Both the position numbers and the translations under genes were made by a program. From contig CAWJBB010000012.1 of NCBI GenBank assembly GCA_963840855.1, positions 1-46,742 on the forward strand: a stretch of 46,742 nucleotides of DNA, given 5' to 3'. The notes beneath the pieces are model-generated. The model was not told where the DNA came from. It did not search any database and saw only the letters and a list, made by a program, of their open reading frames with translations. Numbering within the stretch: position 1 is the stretch's first letter; each line of letters begins with the position of its first letter. Positions 1-7,941 of the stretch are shown piece by piece. This DNA comes from an uncultured delta proteobacterium (lineage in GTDB: Bacteria > Desulfobacterota > Binatia > UBA9968).

Positions 1-2
1 CA

Positions 3-329
3 GCCCGTGGCGACGTGGTCTGGATCACTTTCAATCCTCAAGCCGGACATGGGCAAGCCGGGCGCCGCCCGGCTTTGGTACTCTCCCCCTCTTCTTACAA
101 TCGCAAAGTTGGTCTTGCCATTCTTTGTCCGATTACGAGTCAGGTGAAAGGTTATCCTTTCGAAGTCACCATCCCCTCTGGATCAAAGCTCGGCGGCGTG
201 ATTCTTTCCGATCAAGTCAAGAGTCTCGATTGGCGCATTCGGAAAGCGGAATTCATCTGCAAACTGTCCCGCGAAACCACCGATGAAGTCTTAGATAAAT
301 TAGGGACGCTTTTGCTCGACCTGAGTTAG
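3..329 (+). CDS. mazF: MazF/PemK-family toxin endoribonuclease (5' end runs off the window)
   Basis: Frame is open to the window edge (ARGDVVWITFNPQAGH.QAGRRPALVLSP..YN...PITSQVKGYPFEV...DQVKSLDWR), typical of MazF/ChpA. Confidence 0.9.
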   Translation, partial: ARGDVVWITFNPQAGHGQAGRRPALVLSPSSYNRKVGLAILCPITSQVKGYPFEVTIPSGSKLGGVILSDQVKSLDWRIRKAEFICKLSRETTDEVLDKLGTLLLDLS

Positions 330-568
330 CCGGTTTGGCCTAGCCCTACGCAACGAATAACCAAAGACCCTGATCCCCTTTTCGGTGGCCCAAGTCAGTC
401 CGCTATTCGGGCAGACCCACTGTCCCGATTGGTCAACGCGAAAGTCTCCAATCATCAGTGTCCGATTCTTCGCCGCCGGTTGAGAATGGTTGTGGAAATC
501 GTGGGAGAAAAGTTTCCGCGTATGGCTGCGGGATTTTTTGCTTGAACGCCGCGTGCCATTTGCGGAAA

Positions 569-718
569 TCAATTAGTGGAGCGCTCGTGAGCTTCGAGAT
601 GATGCTTCAGAAAATTCAGCGAGTAGATACGGACGCCGCAACGCTTGCAGATACATGCCCTTTGCTTGGTCTTCCGAACGGGGACCTTTTTGAACATCGT
701 CGCGATCAACATTCGCAT
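569..718 (-). CDS. Small (49 aa) protein with a C2H2 zinc-finger-like motif
   Basis: AAGGAG RBS 6 nt upstream of the ATG at 718; C-x2-C-x12-H-x3-H (CKRCGVRIYSLNFLKHHLEAH). Confidence 0.55.
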   Translation of the reverse strand: MRMLIATMFKKVPVRKTKQRACICKRCGVRIYSLNFLKHHLEAHERSTN

Positions 719-952
719 GGTAGACTCCTTCATTGGCTCAGATGTTCCCGTCATAGAGCAACGGTGATGCCATGCCCCTCAGCAATCCAAGAAATTCAAC
801 AATTTCCACACCTTTGTCATTTCTTCGAGGTTCCTACGGAGTCGTTCTGGTACGAATTTGAACGCCAAAGATGACCAGATTTGTTCAACCTTGGCCAAGT
901 TTGTACAGGTTGACGCTTGCTATGAGAGTTGTTAATTGAGTCGCTCGAAGAA

Positions 953-1023
953 CCCTTCGACGAGCTCAGGGTGAACGGTCAAGGCACAAGCCGTTCGTGG
1001 TGAGGCTCTCGAACCATGAACGG
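953..1023. repeat. REP-like palindromic element (CCCTTCGAC..CTCAGGG.GAACGG / CCGTTCGTGGTGAG..TCGAACCATGAACGG)
   Basis: A closely similar copy lies within 30526-30669. Confidence 0.75.
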
Positions 1024-1125
1024 CAAACGCTATGTAGTTGTTACAGATCACTAGTTCAAGCCAAAGTTGCTTTTTCTCACTTCGGGTAATAGGATTTTTG
1101 GCACTATGCAAAGGAGTGTTGCGTC

Positions 1126-1989
1126 ATGTCATTAGTGAGCGCACTGGCAGCTAGCCACGCACCCAACATCCTGTTGGAACCGGGCCGCGAGTGGGAAGAT
1201 TTTATGAATCTCCACTACAGCATGGCGCCGCAGGGATCGGCGAACAGACCCACCCTCGAGCAACAAAAGAAACTTCGCGCCGATGCCGAAGCGGCCTTCG
1301 GCGTGCTGCGCGCTGACATGGAGCAGGCGAAGCCCGATGTTCTGATCGTAGTTGCCAACGATCAATTTGTGAATTTTTTCTGGAACAATATTCCGAGTTT
1401 TTTCGTTACGGTCGGCGACGAGGCCAAGGGACGGTTCACGCGCCACAAGTTTCACTATCGCAATCATAAAGAACTGGGCAAAGCCATCGTGCGCGCCGGC
1501 ATGGAGAAAGGCATCGATTTTTCCTACGGCGAGCATATCGAGTTGCAACACACGCAAAACGTGCCGCTCTTTTTTCTTTTGCCCGAGCCGAAGATACCGA
1601 TCCTGCCGATTTACGTGAACACGTGGGTCGACCCCGCTCCGTCGCCGCGCCGTTGCTATCAGGTCGGCGAGTTGATTCGCGAGGTCGCCGGCAATGCAAA
1701 CGAGCGGGTCGCAATCTTGGCCACTGGCGGTTTGTCCCACTTTCCAGGTTCACCTCGCATCGGCCAGATCGACGAGAGTTTCGACCACAAACTCTTGGAG
1801 GTAATGCGCGAAGGGAAGGGGCGAACCCTCACGGAGTATTCCGTGCAAGATCTTCTGCAGGCCGGTGACACGGAGTTTCTCAACTGGATGGTCGTGCTCG
1901 GCGCGGTGGGCGACGCCAAGGCTTCCTACACGGCGTACATGCCGGATTTCGTCGCCACCGGTTGGGGGTTTGTCAGTTGGAAGCTTTAA
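1126..1989 (+). CDS. LigB-family (class III) extradiol ring-cleavage dioxygenase, catalytic subunit
   Basis: SHAP, PDVLIVVANDQF, GGLSH and E.LNW motifs; AAGGAG RBS. Confidence 0.85.
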   Translation: MSLVSALAASHAPNILLEPGREWEDFMNLHYSMAPQGSANRPTLEQQKKLRADAEAAFGVLRADMEQAKPDVLIVVANDQFVNFFWNNIPSFFVTVGDEAKGRFTRHKFHYRNHKELGKAIVRAGMEKGIDFSYGEHIELQHTQNVPLFFLLPEPKIPILPIYVNTWVDPAPSPRRCYQVGELIREVAGNANERVAILATGGLSHFPGSPRIGQIDESFDHKLLEVMREGKGRTLTEYSVQDLLQAGDTEFLNWMVVLGAVGDAKASYTAYMPDFVATGWGFVSWKL

Positions 1990-1999
1990 ATAAGAAGTA

Positions 2000-2038
2000 G
2001 TTCAAGTCGTTCAAACCGTTCAAGCAGTTCAAGTCGTT
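2000..2038. repeat. 9-bp tandem array (GTTCAANNC x4)
   Basis: gttcaagtc gttcaaacc gttcaagca gttcaagtc. Confidence 0.8.
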
Positions 2039-2105
2039 GGCGGAGAGGCGAATTCAAAGAGGATCAAAATTGCAGCATAGTTGTTGATAGAAAGCGGAGG
2101 GACAC

Positions 2106-2351
2106 GTGAGCTGTTATCAATTGAGCCGTTTGCTGTTCGACCTGAAAATGAACGATGATTTTTGCAATAGAGCGGCATCGGATCTCGAAACGGCGATGAG
2201 CGGCTATGATCTGACAACCGAAGAGAAGGACGCTCTGCGCGCGGGCGACCCGCGCAAGATTCGCCAACTCGGCGTCCACGGAATGCTTTGCCTCTATATC
2301 AAGCGGCTCCAGCCTGAATTTCGCGACAATATCTATTGGTCGCAGAAGTGA
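2106..2351 (+). CDS. LigA-like ring-cleavage dioxygenase small subunit
   Basis: 81 aa with YDLTTEEKDALRAGD...LGVH motif; GGAGG RBS; next to the LigB homolog. Confidence 0.75.
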   Translation: MSCYQLSRLLFDLKMNDDFCNRAASDLETAMSGYDLTTEEKDALRAGDPRKIRQLGVHGMLCLYIKRLQPEFRDNIYWSQK

Positions 2352-2361
2352 GGCCGAGAAG

Positions 2362-2417
2362 TCGGAAGTCGGAGATCAGAGGTCAGAGATCAGAGGGCGG
2401 AAATCAGAGATCGGAGA
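2362..2417 (+). repeat. Heptamer tandem array TC(A/G)GA(A/G)(A/G) x8, left flank of the four-helix-bundle gene
   Basis: tcggaag tcggaga tcagagg tcagaga tcagagg gcggaaa tcagaga tcggaga. Confidence 0.9.
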
Positions 2418-2445
2418 TGGTGGTCGAAAAACAATTCGTAGCAAG

Positions 2446-2820
2446 ATGAAATTAAATTCAGCTACAGATTTGGACGTGTATAAGAAAGCCTATCAATTAG
2501 CAATGACAATTTTCCGGCTTAGCAAAACATTTCCCCACGAAGAGCGCTTCGCTCTAACGGGTCAAATTAGACGCTCGTCACGTTCCGTTTGCCTGAACCT
2601 AAGGGAAGCCTGGTCCAAACGAAGATATGAGGCTCACTTTGTAAGCAAGTTGACCGACTGTGACGGTGAGAATAGCGAGACCGATTCTTCTTTGGATTTT
2701 GCAAAAGACTGCGAATACATAACGGTCGAATGCCACAAAGAACTCACTGCCCTTTCCCAGCAGGTCGGTCGAATGCTCGGCAGCATGATCAAAAATCCCG
2801 GTCCATTTCTGAAACGCTGA
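2446..2820 (+). CDS. Four helix bundle protein (23S rRNA IVP/Avd-like family)
   Basis: DLDVYKKAY.LA..IF.LSK.FP.EE.F.LT.QIRRSSRSV..NL.EAW.KRRY motif. Confidence 0.9.
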   Translation: MKLNSATDLDVYKKAYQLAMTIFRLSKTFPHEERFALTGQIRRSSRSVCLNLREAWSKRRYEAHFVSKLTDCDGENSETDSSLDFAKDCEYITVECHKELTALSQQVGRMLGSMIKNPGPFLKR

Positions 2821-2867
2821 GTTCTGATCTCCGGTTTCTTCGCTGACCTCTGACAACCGACCTCTGG
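2806..2867 (-). repeat. Inverted heptamer array, right flank of the four-helix-bundle gene
   Basis: tttctga..gttctga tctccgg..cctctga caaccga cctctgg, reverse complements of the left-flank unit; overlaps the stop codon. Confidence 0.75.
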
Positions 2868-2881
2868 CCTACCGGCTCTTT

Positions 2882-2910
2882 TTGACCCTCTATCGTGGCT
2901 CTGATAGTAT
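2882..2910 (+). promoter_or_regulatory. Putative sigma70 promoter for the SDR gene
   Basis: TTGACC-N17-TAGTAT, 34 nt upstream of the ATG at 2945. Confidence 0.45.
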
Positions 2911-2944
2911 CCGGCACACTTCTAACGATCAGGGGGAATTTGGA

Positions 2945-3736
2945 ATGGATCTCGGGTTGAAAGGCAAAGTCGCACTGGTGGCAGGCGCAAGCCAGGGCAT
3001 GGGGCGGGCAACGGCTCTATTGTTCGCCAGGGAAGGCGCCAGGGTGAGCATCTGCGCGCGCGGCGCGGCGGCGCTCAACGAAGCCGCGGCGATGATTCGC
3101 AAAGAAACCGGCGGCGAAGTCTTGGCGATGGTAGCCGATATGAGCAAGGCGGAGGATATTCAGAAATTCGTCAATGACAGCGCCAAGCACTTTGGCCGTT
3201 TGGACGTCATCGTCAACAACGCCGGCGGTCCGCCGCCCGGCGAGTTCATGAAATTCACCGACGACGACTGGAGCAACGCTTTTAACCTGAGCTTCATGAG
3301 CACCATGCGCATGACGCGCGAAGCCGTGCCGCATATGCGCAAGGTCGGCGGCGGCCGCGTCATCAACATTACTTCTTATTCGGTCAAAGAGCCGATCGCG
3401 GGATTGGTGCTATCGAACGCGGTGCGCAGCGCGGTTATCGGTTGGGCTAAAACTCTCTCTCGGGAGTTGGCACGAGATAACATATTGATCAACAACGTTT
3501 GTCCTGGGCGTATCGACACGGACCGAGCCCAGAAGCTCAATAAAGCCCGAGCCGACCGCGTCGGCAGACCGGTGGAAGAGATCAATAAAGAAATGGCCGC
3601 GGAAGTGCCATTGGGACGCTACGGCACGGCGGGCGAGACGGCGGACTTGATCGTATTTCTTGGCTCGGACCGCGCCAGCTACATTACAGGCGCGACGATC
3701 CAGATCGATGGCGGCTTGGTGCGGGGGATTCAGTAA
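2945..3736 (+). CDS. SDR family oxidoreductase
   Basis: GASQGMG Rossmann motif, NNAGGP, PGRIDT, DGG; SNAVR replaces YxxxK (atypical subgroup). Confidence 0.9.
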   Translation: MDLGLKGKVALVAGASQGMGRATALLFAREGARVSICARGAAALNEAAAMIRKETGGEVLAMVADMSKAEDIQKFVNDSAKHFGRLDVIVNNAGGPPPGEFMKFTDDDWSNAFNLSFMSTMRMTREAVPHMRKVGGGRVINITSYSVKEPIAGLVLSNAVRSAVIGWAKTLSRELARDNILINNVCPGRIDTDRAQKLNKARADRVGRPVEEINKEMAAEVPLGRYGTAGETADLIVFLGSDRASYITGATIQIDGGLVRGIQ

Positions 3737-4059
3737 TGGTGCACTTCGTGATTCAGTGGGATCTGCCGGATCAGAAGGCTAATCTCACGATCTACGCCAA
3801 CAAGGCAAAGAACGATTGGTTGCCGGTAACGCTCGCGCACAAGGGCGTGCTGGAAATTCGCAACTACCGCAATCCCCTCGAAGTCACGCCGCAGGTCGCG
3901 ATCACCATCGATTTTGAAACATTGGACAACTGGCGCGACTTCATCGATTCGCAGGACTACATTCGCATCATGCGCGAGCTGCGCATCCTCGGCTGCCGCA
4001 ACTTCACCGCCAACGTCTGGGCGCCGTCGAAGTATTTCCCCGAGTCGATGAAACCCTAA
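3736..4059 (+). CDS. Hypothetical protein, possible dimeric alpha-beta barrel (ABM/EthD-like)
   Basis: TAATG coupling to the SDR gene; DFETLDNWRDFIDSQDY pattern. Confidence 0.65.
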   Translation: MVHFVIQWDLPDQKANLTIYANKAKNDWLPVTLAHKGVLEIRNYRNPLEVTPQVAITIDFETLDNWRDFIDSQDYIRIMRELRILGCRNFTANVWAPSKYFPESMKP

Positions 4060-4067
4060 CTATCACG

Positions 4068-4238
4068 GTTTAATTCGTTCCAAACGTTCAAACCGTTCCA
4101 ACCGTTTTGAACTGCTGAAAACTGAACGGCCCGGTCGCAGATTCAGCCTTGGCCGGCCCCAACCGGGACTGCAACGGAGGAACCCGGGTTCAAACTGTCT
4201 TAATTTTAGAACGTTTGAACGGCTTGAACCGTTTGAAC
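4068..4238. repeat. Inverted pair of 9-bp arrays enclosing a ~100 bp spacer
   Basis: gttccaaac gttcaaacc gttccaacc ... gtttgaac ggcttgaac cgtttgaac, between convergent genes. Confidence 0.8.
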
Positions 4239-4270
4239 GACTGAGGCGTCGCGCTGGCCGGGTTGACGGG

Positions 4271-4540
4271 TTACCGCGGTTTTTTCTTGCCGCCGCGAAT
4301 CAGGGAAAGTTTTGCCACTTTTCTGCTCTTGAGTTCAGCCAACAGGCATTCCCAGTCGATTAGTATGAGATAGTCCTCTGGGGTTCCGGACTCGCAATCG
4401 TAACCTTTTAAAAATCTGGCATAGCTGCCATAGGGTTTCTCATAGCCCTTAATGCGTTTTTGGATTTCCTTCAGTGAGAGAGTGGAGTAATCCACTTCCT
4501 TTTCACCTTCGGTTCCCTTGATAGCTAGGATACGGCTCAT
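4271..4540 (-). CDS. Putative antitoxin (TumA-like)
   Basis: IQKRIKGYEK.YGSY..F...Y.......DY..LIDW pattern; ATGA overlap with the upstream gene. Confidence 0.55.
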   Translation of the reverse strand: MSRILAIKGTEGEKEVDYSTLSLKEIQKRIKGYEKPYGSYARFLKGYDCESGTPEDYLILIDWECLLAELKSRKVAKLSLIRGGKKKPR

Positions 4541-4859
4541 CGAGTTATCTCCTTAATTTGCGGCAATATCCCGTCAATTATTTGCTTGAGCTCTGTTTCG
4601 CCTGCCGGCGAATCTTTAAAGGGAGTGGCAAGCTTCATGTGCAGGTGAGGCGCCAGAGTCTTTCGGCCTCTGCTGATTTTATGGCTGTCATAACAGATTT
4701 CATCATACCATCCATCGAGCTTCCGATAGAAATGGATTTTATATTCGATAACTGCGCCAGACCTCTTGTCCGTGACGGAAACGTTGAGACATTTCCACTC
4801 TTTATGATCGGCTCCTTGCGCCACGTTGATAGTCTTTCAAACGTTGCCAGGCCCAGCAA
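4537..4859 (-). CDS. Putative toxin (DUF6516/TumE-like); possible frameshift near 4800
   Basis: YDSH...PHLH motif; main ORF is 4537-4824; the upstream frame LATFERLSTWRKEPIIK could join EWKCL with one extra base. Confidence 0.45.
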
Positions 4860-4884
4860 CTTTTTCTACAGTTTAGTTTGCGCC

Positions 4885-6111
4885 TCACATGGGAGTATAA
4901 GGCCACACTCGCTGCAAACGCAGAATGAAAATGCCGTGGTTCTTGTCGCTAATATAGATGCAGCCGCGCCGGTCGACCAAGACGTCCTCCGTCTGGGCGA
5001 CCAGCCGGGTGGGTTTGATGCCGATTCTCGTCTTCGGGTCCGGCGGGACGAAGTAGGCGAACTCCTTCGGCATGCGGGCGTCACGAGTGTCATAAACTCT
5101 CAAGCCGGCGTTGAAGTACGTCAGATACGCAATGTCGTCGCGGTCTTCGAGACAGGCTTGATGATTCGGATGATGATGATTGTGCGGGCCGAAGCGGCCG
5201 GCTTTGTCGTAGAAATTCTTGAGCTCGCTTTCCGGCGGCGGCTCGGGCAAGGGAAAAAGCGAAAGCATGCGCGGACGCGTTTCGTCGCTGATGTCGACAA
5301 TGCCGGCGAGGTTTAGATTCTCATCGCCGTTCTCCCGGATGGCTTCATCGTTGATCAAGGCGATTTTGCGGCGCGGCAACGGCAGATAGGTATGGATTCC
5401 CTGCGTCGCCGTGATGCCGCGAAAGGCGATCTGGCTGATCATCTGCGGCTGCGACATGTCTGAAACATCGAGGATGATGCCACCGCCGTCGCCGTAGGAA
5501 AGATAGGCCCGATCGCCTTCGATGTGGGCTGGGCCATGACAGGAGAATTTAAGTCCGGATGCCGGCGCGGTTTGCTCGGCTAAGGAAAAGCGGCCGACTT
5601 CCTTTGGATTAGCGGGATCAGCGATATCGACCACGCGATAAATTTTCCCCGTCAATCCGGGAGCGCCGGCCGCAGCGTGGACCAAATTTCCACCGTCATA
5701 AAAATTCCGGTGGGTGCCGGTGCTGCCAGTTTTAAAATGACCAAGCTGCCGGGGCTTGGTGGGTTCACTGACGTCGAAAATGAAAAAACCCTCGGTGAAA
5801 GGTTGATTCTCAGCGCCGCCCCAGCCGGGCGCGATGCGCTCCAGCCCGGTGATCATCTTGCCGTCGGCTACCTGAATTTGAATCGTCCAGCTGTTCTCAG
5901 GCCCGGGCACATAAGTGCATAACTCCGGAGCGCTTGGATCTGTTACGTCGACAACGCTCCAGCCGCGGTGCCAGAGATGCGCGGCGTAGAGGTAGAAGTG
6001 GTTATTCACTTCCTGCATCGCCAGCTTGAAAGCCGGCCTGGCGTTCAAATCGTGATAGCCGATGGGTTCGATGTTGTCGGCGAAGAAGCCTTGCGGAATC
6101 GTTGGTGCCAT
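4885..6111 (-). CDS. LVIVD-repeat beta-propeller protein
   Basis: Repeated (V/I)VD(V/I)xDPxxP units; GTHRN and GPHN His motifs; YFNAGLRVYD. Confidence 0.85.
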   Translation of the reverse strand: MAPTIPQGFFADNIEPIGYHDLNARPAFKLAMQEVNNHFYLYAAHLWHRGWSVVDVTDPSAPELCTYVPGPENSWTIQIQVADGKMITGLERIAPGWGGAENQPFTEGFFIFDVSEPTKPRQLGHFKTGSTGTHRNFYDGGNLVHAAAGAPGLTGKIYRVVDIADPANPKEVGRFSLAEQTAPASGLKFSCHGPAHIEGDRAYLSYGDGGGIILDVSDMSQPQMISQIAFRGITATQGIHTYLPLPRRKIALINDEAIRENGDENLNLAGIVDISDETRPRMLSLFPLPEPPPESELKNFYDKAGRFGPHNHHHPNHQACLEDRDDIAYLTYFNAGLRVYDTRDARMPKEFAYFVPPDPKTRIGIKPTRLVAQTEDVLVDRRGCIYISDKNHGIFILRLQRVWPYTPM

Positions 6112-6113
6112 GG

Positions 6114-6770
6114 TTACCGCCTGACGGTTACGCTTATTTGATCACAGTATTTTGACACCGGACACTGGCTGCACATCGGCGAGATCGGCCGGCACAGATG
6201 CTGGCCGAAACTCACCAGCAAATCGTTGTATTCGATCCAGTATTGTTTGGGCAGCTTCATGCGCAGGGCAACTTCAGTCTTTTCCGGGGTCGTCGTTCGC
6301 ACATAGCCCCAGCGATTAGAAATTCGGTGCACGTGGGTATCGACGCAGATGCCGGGCTTTTTATATCCAAGGGTCACGACCAAATTGGCCGTCTTTCGTC
6401 CCACGCCTTTGAGTTTCAGAAGTTCGTCGATCTCATCGGGGACCTGGCCGCCGTAACCGTCGATTAGCGTTTGGCAGATACTGAGAATGTTTTTTGCCTT
6501 GGTCCTGTAAAAGCCGACGGGAAAGATCAGCTTTTCGATTCGCTTCGCGGTCAACTTCATCATGGCTTGCGGTGAGTCGGCCACCGCGAACAAGCGGTGT
6601 GATGCTTTGGCCGTCGTCGCGTCCTGGGTGCGCAGACTTAGTATGCAGGAAATCAGCACGCGAAACGGACTTTCGTAGGTTTCGGCCATCAGAGTGACGA
6701 TCGGCGTGTCCCACCTGGGAACCTCGCGGCGGAGAATTTTCATCGCGGAATGAATTTCGCGTTCTTTCAT
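6114..6770 (-). CDS. nth: Endonuclease III
   Basis: HhH motif LKGVGRKTAN, VDTHVHR, and C-terminal Fe-S motif CRPISPMCSQCPVSKYC. Confidence 0.92.
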   Translation of the reverse strand: MKEREIHSAMKILRREVPRWDTPIVTLMAETYESPFRVLISCILSLRTQDATTAKASHRLFAVADSPQAMMKLTAKRIEKLIFPVGFYRTKAKNILSICQTLIDGYGGQVPDEIDELLKLKGVGRKTANLVVTLGYKKPGICVDTHVHRISNRWGYVRTTTPEKTEVALRMKLPKQYWIEYNDLLVSFGQHLCRPISPMCSQCPVSKYCDQISVTVRR

Positions 6771-6856
6771 GCGAGTGGTCTTTTGACCGACGATCCGGTA
6801 AATTGGCATCGTTACATATCACAGTTACGTCTTCAGTCAAAAAGCGCTCTCACGCA

Positions 6857-7441
6857 ATGGTGGCGAATAAAATCTCAGCGGCGTTACAGTCCCGGTTGCC
6901 CAGGAACATCACGGGAAATTATCACAAACCTGCGGCGGTGCTGATGCCGATTCAAGAGCGGGACGACGGCGATTATCTCGTGTTGACCAAGCGCGCCGAG
7001 CACTTGAGCCGCCATAGCGGCCAAATCGCGTTTCCCGGCGGCCGTATCGACGCGGGCGATAGCGGCGCGCTGGCGGCGGCCTTGCGCGAAAGCCAGGAGG
7101 AAATCGGCCTCGACCCGGCGCAGGTCAAAGTGCTCGGCAGGATCGACCAGGTGATGGCCGCCTACGGTTACGTCGTCACGCCCTTCGTAGGTTTGATACC
7201 GCCGGCCTATGAGTTTCGTCCCAATCCCGCGGAGACCGCCGCGGTATTTGCCGTTCCCATTGACGCTTTACTAGAGCCGGGTAACGTATCTCTGGTCGAT
7301 CATGGTTGGTCGAACGGCGCTACGGTTTATCATTTCCAATACGGCCATTGGGATATCTGGGGCGCCACCGCGAACATGATCGTGCAGTTTTTGGATCTGA
7401 TATATGAGTTACAGAGTTCCGAAAAATTAACCGCCGCCTGA
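6857..7441 (+). CDS. Nudix hydrolase, CoA pyrophosphatase type
   Basis: LTKRAEHLSRHSGQIAFPGG...AALRESQEEIGL; IWGATA. Confidence 0.9.
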   Translation: MVANKISAALQSRLPRNITGNYHKPAAVLMPIQERDDGDYLVLTKRAEHLSRHSGQIAFPGGRIDAGDSGALAAALRESQEEIGLDPAQVKVLGRIDQVMAAYGYVVTPFVGLIPPAYEFRPNPAETAAVFAVPIDALLEPGNVSLVDHGWSNGATVYHFQYGHWDIWGATANMIVQFLDLIYELQSSEKLTAA

Positions 7442-7878
7442 TTTCATTGGCAGTTCTGGGCATGCTGCTCGGCTGTACCCCGTCGCAGATTCCTTACGTC
7501 TTTCTTCAATATGGCAAGGAATTCCGCCAGGCCGACGTGAATAAATTGTTGGCCGATAATCCGCTTGGGCCGGGAGAAAACATCAAAATAACCACGCTGG
7601 GGCAGAGTCAGAGCGCGAGCCACCATATCGTGCAGATCCGCGACCGCGAGTCGCCCCATTTGCATAAAGCCCACGACGGCACGGTAATAGTGCTTCAAGG
7701 GCGCGGCTATCTGATGATGGACACGCGGCGCATCACGTTGACCGCCGGCGATATCGTGCATATTCCGCGCGGCGTTCCCCACTATTACGTCAATACCGAT
7801 CTGGAGCCCACGGTTGCATTCGTCGTTTACGCGCCGCCCTTCGACGGCAAGGACAACTTCCCGGCGACCATGCCATAG
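7404..7878 (+). CDS. Cupin-domain lipoprotein (apparent frameshift in the A-run at ~7422-7426; main ORF 7447-7878)
   Basis: PHLHKAH and GDIVHIPRGVPH cupin motifs; removing one A gives the signal peptide MSYRVPKINRRLISLAVLGMLLGC. Confidence 0.75.
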
Positions 7879-7892
7879 CTCGCCTAGAGCAC

Positions 7893-7919
7893 GTTCAAAA
7901 CGTTCAAGCCGTTCAAAGT
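7893..7919. repeat. 9-bp tandem array x3
   Basis: gttcaaaac gttcaagcc gttcaaagt. Confidence 0.7.
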
Positions 7920-7941
7920 GTTTGCGGAGGCGTAAATTCGA

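Noticed and set aside
300-874. ORFs 300-572(-) and 458-874(+)
   Set aside because: No recognisable motifs or RBS; they overlap better-supported genes
2446-2820. Diversity-generating retroelement (Avd-like gene)
   Set aside because: No reverse transcriptase and no TR/VR pair with adenine-specific mismatches seen in the window
2000-2867. Short repeat arrays as a CRISPR array
   Set aside because: Units are 7-9 bp and contiguous with no unique spacers; there are no cas genes
4110-4200. tRNA or known riboswitch in the repeat spacer
   Set aside because: No cloverleaf or recognisable aptamer consensus by eye
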